64,000 bases of DNA from IMG/VR virus record IMGVR_UViG_3300045821_000013, positions 1,027 through 65,026 of that record; one strand, given 5' to 3'. Source of the stretch: a virus (lineage: Duplodnaviria > Caudoviricetes). The notes under the pieces were generated by a model. That model was given only the letters and a program-made list of their open reading frames with translations. It did not search any database and was not told the DNA's origin. Shown here in pieces: positions 45,401 through 53,887 of the stretch (position 1 is its first letter; the number at the start of each line of letters is the position of its first letter). A program made the translations under genes and the position numbers.

Positions 45401-46469
45401 CATAGCCGCTCCCGGTGGTCGAGGCTTGCAAAACCGGATTTGCCGGAAATGCCGTATAAGATCCGGATGAAACAAGCGTCATCGAGACAGGCGCAAAAAG
45501 CCCTTGGAAAAAGGTGGCGCCAATTCCAGAGCCGCTGGTTGCGCCCTGCGTCAAGATATCGCCGGGCGGATTGGCGGTGAAAAGCCCTGCCGTCGTCAGC
45601 GTAAAGGTCAAGACGCCGATATTCAGATTGAGCGTTGCGCCCGTCAGACCGCCGCCGGTGATCGGTTCAACGGCGGGCGCAGTCGGATTGACGGTATAGG
45701 CTCCAGCTAGGGAGATATAATTGACGTACGTGATCGAGCCGCTCGCAATGGTGACATTGGCCTGAAATTTCGTTCCGGTTCCTGTCGTCCCTGTGACCGT
45801 CGTTCCGCCGGTCGGGCTGGTCGTTCCGCCGGTTCCCGCATTGGCGATCGCGGCGCCGAGAACTTGTGTCGAGGCGACGGTGACGACAGCGGCGACGGTA
45901 GATGTGCCTCCGGCGAGCGTGATCGTGTCAGCCGGAGCATAAACGCCACTCGTCCCCGGCCCGCTCAAAGCCATGCCCAAAAGTTTGGTTGTCGCAACGG
46001 CGAAAATGGCAGGCCACGAATAAGAGCCTCCAGCCATGGTGATCTGATCGCCCGGCGCATAGGACGAATAGACGCCTCCAATATTTGGCGAAGCTGTAGT
46101 TCCGCCAGTCGCCGAAATTGATAAAACGCATGGGTTGGCGTTGGTGGCTCCGGTTATCGGAAGGGATTCATCGGTGACAAGCGCGCCGTCATAAATCACG
46201 CGCATGTAATAATTTCCGAATTCCAGAGCCAAGCCCTGATTGATCGAAAACTGAAACGGCAACAGGCGCGGCGGATAAGATCGACCTGTCTGCCTGGAAT
46301 AGCCGACGAAAGCGGTTCCGGCGCGCGAATTGGCGCCGCCGGTATAGCGCACGAACAGATTGCGCATGGTCGCTGCGGATGATTTCATTCGAGCCAGATC
46401 GACATGCCCGAACAAGCTCGGCGAAACTTCACCCGATGCGAACGACGTGAAAATGAGCGGCGTACTCAT
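42456..46469 (-). CDS. Tail tubular protein B / nozzle (T7 gp12-like) with large Gly/Thr-rich insertions
   Basis: FTSFASGEVSP, RLLPFQFS...LALEFGNYYMRV, IVQSADV, YPGAVAYFQERRV, QEIAGWARHDT, YLAVQRTI. Confidence 0.85.
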   Translation of the reverse strand: MSTPLIFTSFASGEVSPSLFGHVDLARMKSSAATMRNLFVRYTGGANSRAGTAFVGYSRQTGRSYPPRLLPFQFSINQGLALEFGNYYMRVIYDGALVTDESLPITGATNANPCVLSISATGGTTASPNIGGVYSSYAPGDQITMAGGSYSWPAIFAVATTKLLGMALSGPGTSGVYAPADTITLAGGTSTVAAVVTVASTQVLGAAIANAGTGGTTSPTGGTTVTGTTGTGTKFQANVTIASGSITYVNYISLAGAYTVNPTAPAVEPITGGGLTGATLNLNIGVLTFTLTTAGLFTANPPGDILTQGATSGSGIGATFFQGLFAPVSMTLVSSGSYTAFPANPVLQASTTGSGYGATFNLTSGAATAFNAGDWLYISGIGGMTQLNGRTVVLGAPVGSNYPIYDVFGNTIDSTSFGAFISSGNGARIYTLATPWAEQDLEYLKIVQSADVVSICCVNQLTGTEYPPYELSRIADNHWTLVQMTTQPTVQPPPWTNGLGQPQPANQSGISAAYYQYVVTSVSLTDGTESIMSPIASIGNTIDVSSSAGTITVQWGSVAGINKYNIYKCTPQIGFATISMGANTPPPVGALFGYAGSSYGTQFLDTNVVPDFTQVPPTHQNPFSRGSVIAANPTATGNNYTYASVTITSATGSGAVIFPVIQYGQSYGGPLVAGPITGYYLAQPGQGYRPGDTFTVSGNGAGATGYLTIGPQSGTYPGAVAYFQERRVYAYTLNQPDTYFMSQPGSYTNFDSRIPTIGTDAIEGSPWSQQVNGIQFMISMPGGLVCLTGLSAWQLTGAGGSSVNPQPITPSDQQAQPQAYNGCSSTVPPIKIDYDIIYVQAKGTTYRDLAYQFFTNIYTGTDLTLNSSHLFFGYTILEHAWCDEPYKLLWSVRSDGVLLSLTYLKPQEIAGWARHDTNGLFKSVCSVVEPPVDALYLAVQRTIGGKTSFMLERMDNRIWNTGVESTWCVDAGLSLASNQPPATISVNSPTGLGAITGVTGLVGGSGWSSATTISIVDNDGQGPGTGAVATPTIVGGVITAINVLPNGSGYVSPAFVAYDPANTGSGFSANATLDNSAVFTTSAPVFSGANIGSVIRMGGGIATITAYMDSQHVTANILTPITSIQPNSISSITPQGIVQPQPSGSWSMNAPVSKITGLYHLAGSVVTGLADGNVIPPSIVSATGVLTLGAPASAVTVGLGFTAQLQSIYLDTGEPTSQGQRKKESAVTVRIEASRGMVAGSNQVDGSTTSPTTLAPVWTNMDPVPDNGVPPYGGNVIPLFTGDARLPVSGGWNTHGQVAIMQTNPLPMNILAIIPEDLAGDTPEQQAKPRQQKSQGR

Positions 46470-47329
46470 GCAAAATTACCATCGAACGGCATCGTGAAAT
46501 ATCCATCGAAGTCCACCCATCCGCCCCGCCCATAGGCTCCGCGCATCCCTCCAGACATGCGTTCGCGCATCCAGTCGACCGGAATATCGTTCGACATGGG
46601 TTGCTCGTTTCCATCCGCGATGCGCGCCTGCATGATCGCCTCCTTGGCAATTATCATCTGCTCACGGCGCAAAGCCATTCCGGCGCGCTTGTCCTTGGTC
46701 AAAGGCAAGGCCACTTTTGCGGCGAGGATGGCGACAATCGCCTCGCGGAACAACGAATCCCACATGGACGGATAGGGGTTGAACATCGTGTAGATCATTT
46801 GCGCATTGGGCGCATTGGTCAGCACGACAAGGCGGCCGGTTGGACTGAGGCCGGGAACGTCCCACCATTGCTGCCCTGGCGCGACCGGGTAATTTGGATC
46901 GTTGATGAGGCAAAATTTCGCGCGCCTCATTGGATTGCCATAGGACGTTGTAAGCTGCCCTGTCGTCAACGGAGCGCCAGACGTGCCAATGTTCCCGGCG
47001 GGCGTCCCCACGCCGCTGTAGCCCGGCTGATAGCGCACGGAGCGCGCCCGCAAGCAGTCGGTCGGATAGGAATATTCGTAAAGGGCGTTCATCGGCACGA
47101 TAGTTCCGACATTCGGCGTGGCGCCGCTGGCGTCGGCGAGCAAGGTCATTGCCTCAATCTTGGTGGCGAAATTCCAGTTTGCCGAGCGCAAAAGCTGGCG
47201 GATCGTCTCCCCATAAGCGCGCAACAGCACTTGCGCCTCGCGCGAACCGTCCTCGATATCGCCCAGGACGACTTCCGAACCGATGGCGTCGAGGGCTTGA
47301 TTGGCGATGTCTGCCGGAAGGCCGCTCAT
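46466..47329 (-). CDS. Tail tubular protein A / adaptor paralog 3
   Basis: DIANQALDAIG...WNFATK...YEYSYPTDC...DSLFREAIVAILA. Confidence 0.75.
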   Translation of the reverse strand: MSGLPADIANQALDAIGSEVVLGDIEDGSREAQVLLRAYGETIRQLLRSANWNFATKIEAMTLLADASGATPNVGTIVPMNALYEYSYPTDCLRARSVRYQPGYSGVGTPAGNIGTSGAPLTTGQLTTSYGNPMRRAKFCLINDPNYPVAPGQQWWDVPGLSPTGRLVVLTNAPNAQMIYTMFNPYPSMWDSLFREAIVAILAAKVALPLTKDKRAGMALRREQMIIAKEAIMQARIADGNEQPMSNDIPVDWMRERMSGGMRGAYGRGGWVDFDGYFTMPFDGNFA

Positions 47330-47333
47330 TCAT

Positions 47334-47948
47334 TCACCCTTGCGTGTTATCGGCGACGGTTTTTGCCGCCTGTTCGTCGCTCGCTTCCAGCTTGGCGGCA
47401 TCCAGTCCGACCAGATCGGGAGCCATTCGGCGCGCGAGAGCCGCAGCAAGCGCCTCGGTGAAATCGGCCTCCCAATCGACGGGGTTGGTCAGGCGTCCGG
47501 TGTAGGTCAGGATGGCGCTCGATACATTGCAAAGAATCACCTTGTCCGGATCTGCAAGCGAAGCGTCATTCTCGACGGAGAAAATGACAGGCTTCGGGTC
47601 CATGTTTGGAAGGATGAGGGGAACGCCGCGAATAGCTCGAACCTTGAGGCAATCGCTCGGATAGGAATATTCATAAAGCCATGGAATTGGAGGATAGGCG
47701 CTCGTCCACACGATGGGCGGAAAATATCCACCAACTGGCGCCTGTTTGAGCAAAACCAGCGAGACATTGCGCTCGGCAAAACCCCAATCATCGGCGCGCA
47801 AAACCTCATCGCGCGTCTGTCCATAGATCGTCAACGCGACGTTTGCCGCCTGCGATCCATCGAACAAGGAACCGATCTGCTTTTTGTAGCCAAGACGGCG
47901 AAGCGCCAGATTGACGACATCAGCCGGAGACTGAACTGAGGAAGTCAT
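47334..47948 (-). CDS. Tail tubular protein A / adaptor paralog 2
   Basis: DVVNLALRRLG...WGFAER...YEYSYPSDC...ADFTEALAAALA. Confidence 0.75.
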   Translation of the reverse strand: MTSSVQSPADVVNLALRRLGYKKQIGSLFDGSQAANVALTIYGQTRDEVLRADDWGFAERNVSLVLLKQAPVGGYFPPIVWTSAYPPIPWLYEYSYPSDCLKVRAIRGVPLILPNMDPKPVIFSVENDASLADPDKVILCNVSSAILTYTGRLTNPVDWEADFTEALAAALARRMAPDLVGLDAAKLEASDEQAAKTVADNTQG

Positions 47949-48514
47949 CCATCACGCCCTTCCGCGATTTGCGTGAAACCGCTACTGGATTCGAGAAGCG
48001 ATTGCGCGAGGTCTGGTTTTCCTGCCGTCGCCAGCGACAGCACACGCGCGAGCAGTTCAACCACGGCCTGGCGAAACAGGGCGTCCCATGTCGACTCTGC
48101 CGGATTGGCATTGAAGATGGCTTGCGCATTGGCCTGATTTGTCCAGATTACACGGCTTTGCGTCCCGCCTACGAGATTGCTTCCGTCAATCCAGTTGATT
48201 GGAAGCGGGTCATTCGGATCGGCGAGCGCCGCCGGCGCCAGTTGCCAAATCTGAACGCATTGCGCCGGGTAGGAATATTCATAAGCCCATGGAAATGGAG
48301 CCGCATTTCCGGTGACGACAAGCGCCTTGACCGTCCTGGCAAAGCCCCATTCGTATTGGCGGGCGACGGCGGCGACGGTCGGCGCATAAAGGTTCTGGAG
48401 CGCCTTTCCATTGGTCGATGAATCGAACGTCGGAGCCACGCCGGAAACCGCCGGCTGATTTCCGCCCATTAGTTGGACGGCTTGATTGGCTATGGTGTTC
48501 GATGTGACGGTCAT
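47945..48514 (-). CDS. Tail tubular protein A / adaptor paralog 1
   Basis: TIANQAVQLMG...WGFART...YEYSYPAQC...DALFRQAVVELLA. Confidence 0.75.
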   Translation of the reverse strand: MTVTSNTIANQAVQLMGGNQPAVSGVAPTFDSSTNGKALQNLYAPTVAAVARQYEWGFARTVKALVVTGNAAPFPWAYEYSYPAQCVQIWQLAPAALADPNDPLPINWIDGSNLVGGTQSRVIWTNQANAQAIFNANPAESTWDALFRQAVVELLARVLSLATAGKPDLAQSLLESSSGFTQIAEGRDG

Positions 48515-48618
48515 TAATGTTCTTTCTTCGGCGCAAAAGCCTTTTGCACCTTGGCATAAGCGTCCGCCGCTGCCTGCCGCGCATGATCCGCCGCGAGAAT
48601 CGAAACAAATTTATTCAT
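48514..48618 (-). CDS. Small ORF (34 aa)
   Basis: RBS gaggga; TAATG-coupled to adaptor paralog 1. Confidence 0.4.
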   Translation of the reverse strand: MNKFVSILAADHARQAAADAYAKVQKAFAPKKEH

Positions 48619-48630
48619 CAAGTTTCCCTC

Positions 48631-50118
48631 TCAATGAAAAACCCATTCAGACCCGTTGCATAGGGCAAGACCTACCGATGATCCTGTTCCAGTAATGGAA
48701 GCATTGAAAGTCGAAGTGTTTGAATTTGTGATGTAGTAGACCGTCCCTTGATTAGCTGACGTACAAGGATTGGCTACGAGTGTGGAGTAGGTATTCGCAG
48801 CTAAAGTAACTGACCCATCTTGGTTTATAGAAAATTCAACGCCGCCGCCACTGTTAAGCGTTTGTAGCATTGGACTATTTGGGGCAACAACGTTTTTCGT
48901 CTGCATGGTAATCGGCACGTGACCTGACGCACCAGTCGTATTTACGATTATCCCGGCTGGGCTGTCCTTTGTTGTTGTAGCATCAATAACAATGCCATAA
49001 GTAGAAATTCCAGCGCCAAGGTACTCAAAAACAACATATCCGTTATTCCCTGAAATATAAGGAGCTTCCGCGAATATAGCTGAATAACTTGGGTAACTTC
49101 CTAACGATCCAAATAGTAGCGTTATCGGAAGTATTTGAGGCGTACCAAATGATTCATTTGGAGGAAATGCATTATATGGAGCGCCAGCAAAATTAAACGT
49201 ATCTAGCTCATTCGTGCATATCCCTGTAGTATGCTGGTCGCACTGCCCAAACAAACCGAATGCGGTATTGCCGGCGCTGTTGAGATAGCCATATCCTGTA
49301 ACGCCTGTTGCAAATGAAAACCCGTTTGTCCCATCCTGCACAGCCGCGCCAACGATGGCGTTTTTATTCGGAGGAGTAGCAATTTGAATCTTTCCACCGA
49401 ACTGGTTTACGCCGGTTAATGCCGCTCCTGTAATTGTGGGGTCAACAAAAACCAAACCGCCCGAAGGCGTTTGCGTCGCACTCCATGTATTTGTGCCATT
49501 GAGCAGTGGGACCGTCGCTCCGCTTGTGCCAATGATTGAATACCCAAGTAGGCCGCCTGCATTATTCAATGGCTGTTGTAGCGCGTTAATGACATTCTGC
49601 GTTGACTGGACGACGGCTGGCGGCATAACGCTACCAGTTGGGTTGCCAGCTAGAGAATAAGCAGGCAATACAAGCGTGTTGACGCTGGCCGGGTAATAAG
49701 TGGCCCCGTTCAAATTGAACGTCAAAGTCCCAACTGCCGCGCCCCCGCCAGCGCCATAGGAGATAAGTCCGCCGCCGAGTGCGTTCGGATCAAAGCACAG
49801 ATAATGGAATCCGGTGGCGTTGGTGATCGGCGCGTCATACAAGCAACCATGCTCGCCATGCGGGCCATTGCCGGAATTCGCGCTCGGATAAGTGTTGGTC
49901 GGACTCCGCGACACGATGCCAAGTTCGGAAAGGTTCTGCCCGATCGCGCCGCCGCCCGAACCGCCGCCGTCGATAACGACAGGTTGCGAACCGTAAGTGG
50001 AATATTGCGGAACATGGCCTGGCGTCCATGCGCCGCCCTGCAAGACGGTCGATTGCGCCATGGCCGCAATGGGCGACAGCGCCAAAAGGAAGATCAATGC
50101 AGCGCGAAAAATTCTCAT
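48631..50118 (-). CDS. Fibre/adhesin-like protein with Sec signal peptide
   Basis: MRIFRAALIFLLALSPIAAMA/Q; G/T/S/N-rich; Cys pairs; C-terminal PCTSANQG...LCNGSEW; 3' two-thirds visibly lower in GC. Confidence 0.65.
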   Translation of the reverse strand: MRIFRAALIFLLALSPIAAMAQSTVLQGGAWTPGHVPQYSTYGSQPVVIDGGGSGGGAIGQNLSELGIVSRSPTNTYPSANSGNGPHGEHGCLYDAPITNATGFHYLCFDPNALGGGLISYGAGGGAAVGTLTFNLNGATYYPASVNTLVLPAYSLAGNPTGSVMPPAVVQSTQNVINALQQPLNNAGGLLGYSIIGTSGATVPLLNGTNTWSATQTPSGGLVFVDPTITGAALTGVNQFGGKIQIATPPNKNAIVGAAVQDGTNGFSFATGVTGYGYLNSAGNTAFGLFGQCDQHTTGICTNELDTFNFAGAPYNAFPPNESFGTPQILPITLLFGSLGSYPSYSAIFAEAPYISGNNGYVVFEYLGAGISTYGIVIDATTTKDSPAGIIVNTTGASGHVPITMQTKNVVAPNSPMLQTLNSGGGVEFSINQDGSVTLAANTYSTLVANPCTSANQGTVYYITNSNTSTFNASITGTGSSVGLALCNGSEWVFH

Positions 50119-50152
50119 GGCGGATTCCTTGATGTTCAGGGCAAGGCGAGGA

Positions 50153-50464
50153 TCAGTCTTTCTCGTCCTCGTCCATTTCGTTTTCGACGGCCATGCGCTG
50201 GATTTGAAGCTCCACGCGACATTCCGAGCCTTGCTCGCCGTCGTGCTTGCTGACGCTGGTGACGACGGCAAAGGCGCGCATGTCGATCAGATCGCCGATG
50301 TCCGGATTATCGCTCAAACCAAGTTTGTCGAGTTCCTTCTTGGTGAGCGAAATGCGCAAGCCCCAAGGATAATCGGGCTTGGTCGACCTTCCGGCGATTT
50401 CAATGCCGTTGTCGTGCTTGTCCTCGTCGTCATATTCGAGGGAAACGAGTTTCGACCAAGCCAT
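50153..50464 (-). CDS. Capsid staple-like protein
   Basis: PDYPWGLRISLTKKELDKLGL...VELQI. Confidence 0.6.
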   Translation of the reverse strand: MAWSKLVSLEYDDEDKHDNGIEIAGRSTKPDYPWGLRISLTKKELDKLGLSDNPDIGDLIDMRAFAVVTSVSKHDGEQGSECRVELQIQRMAVENEMDEDEKD

Positions 50465-50477
50465 GATAATCCCCTTA

Positions 50478-50915
50478 CTACGCGCCGCCGGGAGTGGTCG
50501 GAGCCATCGGCGGAGCTGCGGGCGCTTGTACGCCTTCACCAGCGCCAGGCTCGCCACCCTCGGCGCCGCCGGCCAATTCCTGCGTCTGCTGCGCGCCCAA
50601 TGCCTTGATGGCGTCCTCATGGCGCGAGTGCATTTTGCGGTGTTCCTCGCGGTGCGCGGCGTGAAGGTCGCGGCGCTCCGTCTCATGCGACTTGTGCAGA
50701 TCGCCGCGCGCCTTGGCGTGGCGCTCATGAACGGAGGGCGTCGTCTTGTCGCCTTCGCGCGATTCGGTGTCGTTGTGGGCATTGCCGGAGGATTTCATGC
50801 CCGCCGATTTCGGAAGGTCTTTGTGCGCCGCGCCGCGCGCCTTGGCGTGGTCGACTTCATCCTTGGGCTTGTGCGTCCCGGTCGGTCCCATCTTGTCATA
50901 GAGCTTGCTTGCCAT
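50478..50915 (-). CDS. His-rich charged hypothetical protein
   Basis: HERHAKARGDLHKSHETERRDLHAAHREEHRKMHSRHE. Confidence 0.6.
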   Translation of the reverse strand: MASKLYDKMGPTGTHKPKDEVDHAKARGAAHKDLPKSAGMKSSGNAHNDTESREGDKTTPSVHERHAKARGDLHKSHETERRDLHAAHREEHRKMHSRHEDAIKALGAQQTQELAGGAEGGEPGAGEGVQAPAAPPMAPTTPGGA

Positions 50916-50922
50916 GGCTGGA

Positions 50923-51222
50923 TCAGTCCTTTTTCGAGCGGTCGTACATGCGAGCGCGCTTTTCCTCGCGGCTCAACTTCTTCTTGTCCTTGTCGCCGCC
51001 GTCGCGCTTGGCGTCCGGTCCTTTTTCATCCTTGAAGGATTCGGGCTTTTTCCAGCCTTTTTTCTCGGCCATGGGTGATTTCTCCACTTTTTCGGGGAGT
51101 TTCCCCGGCTTGTCCGCGCTCACAAACTCTTTGGCGACAGATTGAGAGACGCCATCGGCGCCTCCCTTCTTCGAGGCGGCTGCATACATCAGCCGCCTCT
51201 GAGCTTGTGAGCGGAAGGGCAT
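50923..51222 (-). CDS. Conserved basic phage protein
   Basis: MPFRSQAQRRLMYAAA...VAKEFVSAD. Confidence 0.65.
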   Translation of the reverse strand: MPFRSQAQRRLMYAAASKKGGADGVSQSVAKEFVSADKPGKLPEKVEKSPMAEKKGWKKPESFKDEKGPDAKRDGGDKDKKKLSREEKRARMYDRSKKD

Positions 51223-51227
51223 GGCGA

Positions 51228-52562
51228 TCAGAGTTCCGCCGAGAACAACATCGAGCCAGATCCGCCGTTGCCCACCAGCGGCCCGCAAGCCGCGTTGGCG
51301 GTCTGCGAAGCCGCCGTGGTGAAGTTGAGGGAAGCGCCGATGGTCGTGTTCGCGGTTGCCGTGGCGGCAAACGGAGTCGCCAGGATGATCGGAGCCAAGC
51401 CCGTAGCGCCGATTTTGAAAGTCGAAGCCGTCAGCGCATTGGTAAAGGTCGGCGCCGCGCGCATCGGAACCGGGAAGGGGATGCTCAAAAGGCAAACCGT
51501 GGTGGAAGCCGATTGGCCGATTCCGGTGGGAACAATCACGCCAGCCGCCGGTTCGGACAGAACATAGGCATAACGCTGCTGGAGGAAGGTTTCGAACGAT
51601 TGCGGGCGGAACGCGAACGCCTTGGCGCGATTGTCGTTCGGGTTCAGGAACGTCGCCGCCGTGGCCGCAACCTTCGCCAGCGCGCTGTTCTTGGTTAACT
51701 GGATACCCGACAGCGCGAGATAATCGGACGTTCCAGCGGTGCCGGTCGGAGTCCAGCAAATCGCCACGCCGATTTCCGTCGCGGTGACGGGGATTGGCGC
51801 AGCGAAAGTCAGACGAACCGGGCCGGAGTTGGCCGCAAGCGCGTAGGTCGCGGACTGGTTAACCTGGCCGGTCCATCCGGAACCGCCGCCGCCGCCGGCA
51901 TTGATGCCATAGGCGAGCTTCGCCGTTCCTTCGTCGCCCGCCGCCAACGTGCCATAAGTGATATAGGCGGTGACGCCGGTTCCCGAAAAATTGGCGCCGG
52001 TGGCGACGTTGAAATCGAGTTCCGCGATCTGCCCTTGGAAAGCCAGGGAGTTCACGTTTTCGACTTCATGCGCCATGCAAGCCTGCACCACGCCGGTCTG
52101 CGCGGCGGTGCGCTGGAACAGGAAGTCCGCCTTGTAGCCGGTGGCGAGGTTCGCCGCCGTGGTGTCCTTGGACACAGTGACAGCGGTGGAAGCTCCGGAC
52201 CAATAGGCGAAGGAATTCGGCCCGCCATAGGTCAACGTGGTCGTAACCGATGCGCCGGTCGTGCCATGCGCCCAATTGTTCGTGGTCGCATCGCCGCCGG
52301 GGATGACGTTTTCCGGATTATTGCCGATCAACGTGGCGCCGAAGTTTCCGAGCATCAGGCTGGAAGCATAAGCCCCCAGCGCAGTCGGATATCCGGAGAC
52401 GACATCTTGAAACAAATCGGTCGGGCCAATGCTCTGCACCTGGGGGATGACAAAGTTCTGGCTGTTCGCCGTCGGGTTCGCGCCCTGCGCCCACGCGCCG
52501 TTGCAGGCAAGGGATGCAGTAGTCAACCCAATGAGAATCCTACGGAAAGGCTTCATGTTCAT
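51228..52562 (-). CDS. Fibre/carbohydrate-binding-like protein with Sec signal peptide
   Basis: MKPFRRILIGLTTASLACNGAWA/Q; NVIPGGD...W motif; C-terminal QRYAY...FPVPMRAAPTF tail-fibre-type motif. Confidence 0.65.
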   Translation of the reverse strand: MNMKPFRRILIGLTTASLACNGAWAQGANPTANSQNFVIPQVQSIGPTDLFQDVVSGYPTALGAYASSLMLGNFGATLIGNNPENVIPGGDATTNNWAHGTTGASVTTTLTYGGPNSFAYWSGASTAVTVSKDTTAANLATGYKADFLFQRTAAQTGVVQACMAHEVENVNSLAFQGQIAELDFNVATGANFSGTGVTAYITYGTLAAGDEGTAKLAYGINAGGGGGSGWTGQVNQSATYALAANSGPVRLTFAAPIPVTATEIGVAICWTPTGTAGTSDYLALSGIQLTKNSALAKVAATAATFLNPNDNRAKAFAFRPQSFETFLQQRYAYVLSEPAAGVIVPTGIGQSASTTVCLLSIPFPVPMRAAPTFTNALTASTFKIGATGLAPIILATPFAATATANTTIGASLNFTTAASQTANAACGPLVGNGGSGSMLFSAEL

Positions 52563-52581
52563 TTCTCCGATTGTCCGCCCA

Positions 52582-53004
52582 TTACTGGATGCGGTCCCAA
52601 GTGTTGTTCGAGAGTGACCAAAGCCATTCCACGCTCTGGTTTGCCGTCAGCGACGTGACGGGGTTGTTGAGTGTCGTTCCCGGCGCTTGCATCGTCAGCG
52701 CCGTGATGGCCTGCGACGTGAAGATCAAAGCGCGCTGGCCGTCGACGGGAGCCGCCGGCAAGATTATGGTGAGCGCCGCAAGCCCGCCGGCGGGATTGAC
52801 CGCCAAAACCGACTGATTGACGGTGGACGAACCAATCGTCAAGGTCGCGCCGGTCAGCGGCACAGCCTTCTGATAGCCCGACGCATCGCGCATCGAGCCA
52901 ATGGAAACCTCCGCCAGCATGGCGCCGCCACTGTCCGCTTCGACACGTTCGTTTCCGGTCGGCGATACAATGAGAACCGATCCTGGCTGATAAACGAGAG
53001 GCAT
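52582..53004 (-). CDS. Virion structural protein (beta-rich)
   Basis: NPAGGLAALTIILPAAPVDGQ motif; located in the head-decoration cluster. Confidence 0.55.
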   Translation of the reverse strand: MPLVYQPGSVLIVSPTGNERVEADSGGAMLAEVSIGSMRDASGYQKAVPLTGATLTIGSSTVNQSVLAVNPAGGLAALTIILPAAPVDGQRALIFTSQAITALTMQAPGTTLNNPVTSLTANQSVEWLWSLSNNTWDRIQ

Positions 53005-53017
53005 CTTCGTTTCCTTT

Positions 53018-53887
53018 TTAAATTGGCGTTCCGAGTGACATGGACATCGCCGCCGCGCCACTGGCCGACATGCGATAGTTGATGGTTCCGGACGCATAGG
53101 CCGAGCAATTGAAACGATAGAGCGTTCCGCGCTCCGGTTCGCCGAAGGTCAAGGAAACAGGCGTTCCCGCGCTGTATTGCGCCAGCACTCCCGTTCCGCC
53201 GACATTGGTGATGATCCACGTCAAGCCGCCGTCAAAGGAACGCTCGATCTGAACCGTTCCGGAAAAGACGATCGAGGCCCCGGTGAACACCACGTTGGCG
53301 TCAGATCCAGTCGTGACGCTTTGGTTGGTGAGTTTGAAGGAAAACGGAAAATTCTGGTTCTGTGGCGAAATGCTGTAGCCGGTCGGAACGCCCGAAAGCT
53401 GCACAATGCCAGGTTGCGCCAGCGCATTGGAATTGCTCGACGCGGGAATCGCCGCCTGCATGATCGCCGTGACCGTCTGCCCGCCGATGGATGCGCCGAG
53501 CAAGCCCGCCGTCGAAGGCAGATTGATGATCTGGTTTTGTGCCGTCAACTGGCCGTAGAGCGTGATCGTTGGAAAAGCCAGGGTGATATTCGTCCCGGCA
53601 ATCGAACCGATGGTGGTTCCTGCCGGAAGATTGGCTGAATTGATCGAATTTCCGGCGGCGAGGGTGCTGGCGGTCGTAATCGTGGCGATGCTGGAACCGT
53701 TGGTCGTGACAAGGTTTCCCGTCACAGCCGCCGACAGCGATGCGTACAGCAAGGCATTGCATTGCCCGAAGGCGGAGAACGGCTTGCCGGTTCCGACCGC
53801 CGTAAACGTGCCTATGACAACTCCGGAGGCGATATCGCCCGCCGGAGGCGTTCCATCGACAATGCCAAGTCCCGCCAGTATCGACAT
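53018..53887 (-). CDS. Virion structural protein (Gly/Thr-rich)
   Basis: 289 aa, beta-rich; GTVQIERSFDGG motif. Confidence 0.55.
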   Translation of the reverse strand: MSILAGLGIVDGTPPAGDIASGVVIGTFTAVGTGKPFSAFGQCNALLYASLSAAVTGNLVTTNGSSIATITTASTLAAGNSINSANLPAGTTIGSIAGTNITLAFPTITLYGQLTAQNQIINLPSTAGLLGASIGGQTVTAIMQAAIPASSNSNALAQPGIVQLSGVPTGYSISPQNQNFPFSFKLTNQSVTTGSDANVVFTGASIVFSGTVQIERSFDGGLTWIITNVGGTGVLAQYSAGTPVSLTFGEPERGTLYRFNCSAYASGTINYRMSASGAAAMSMSLGTPI

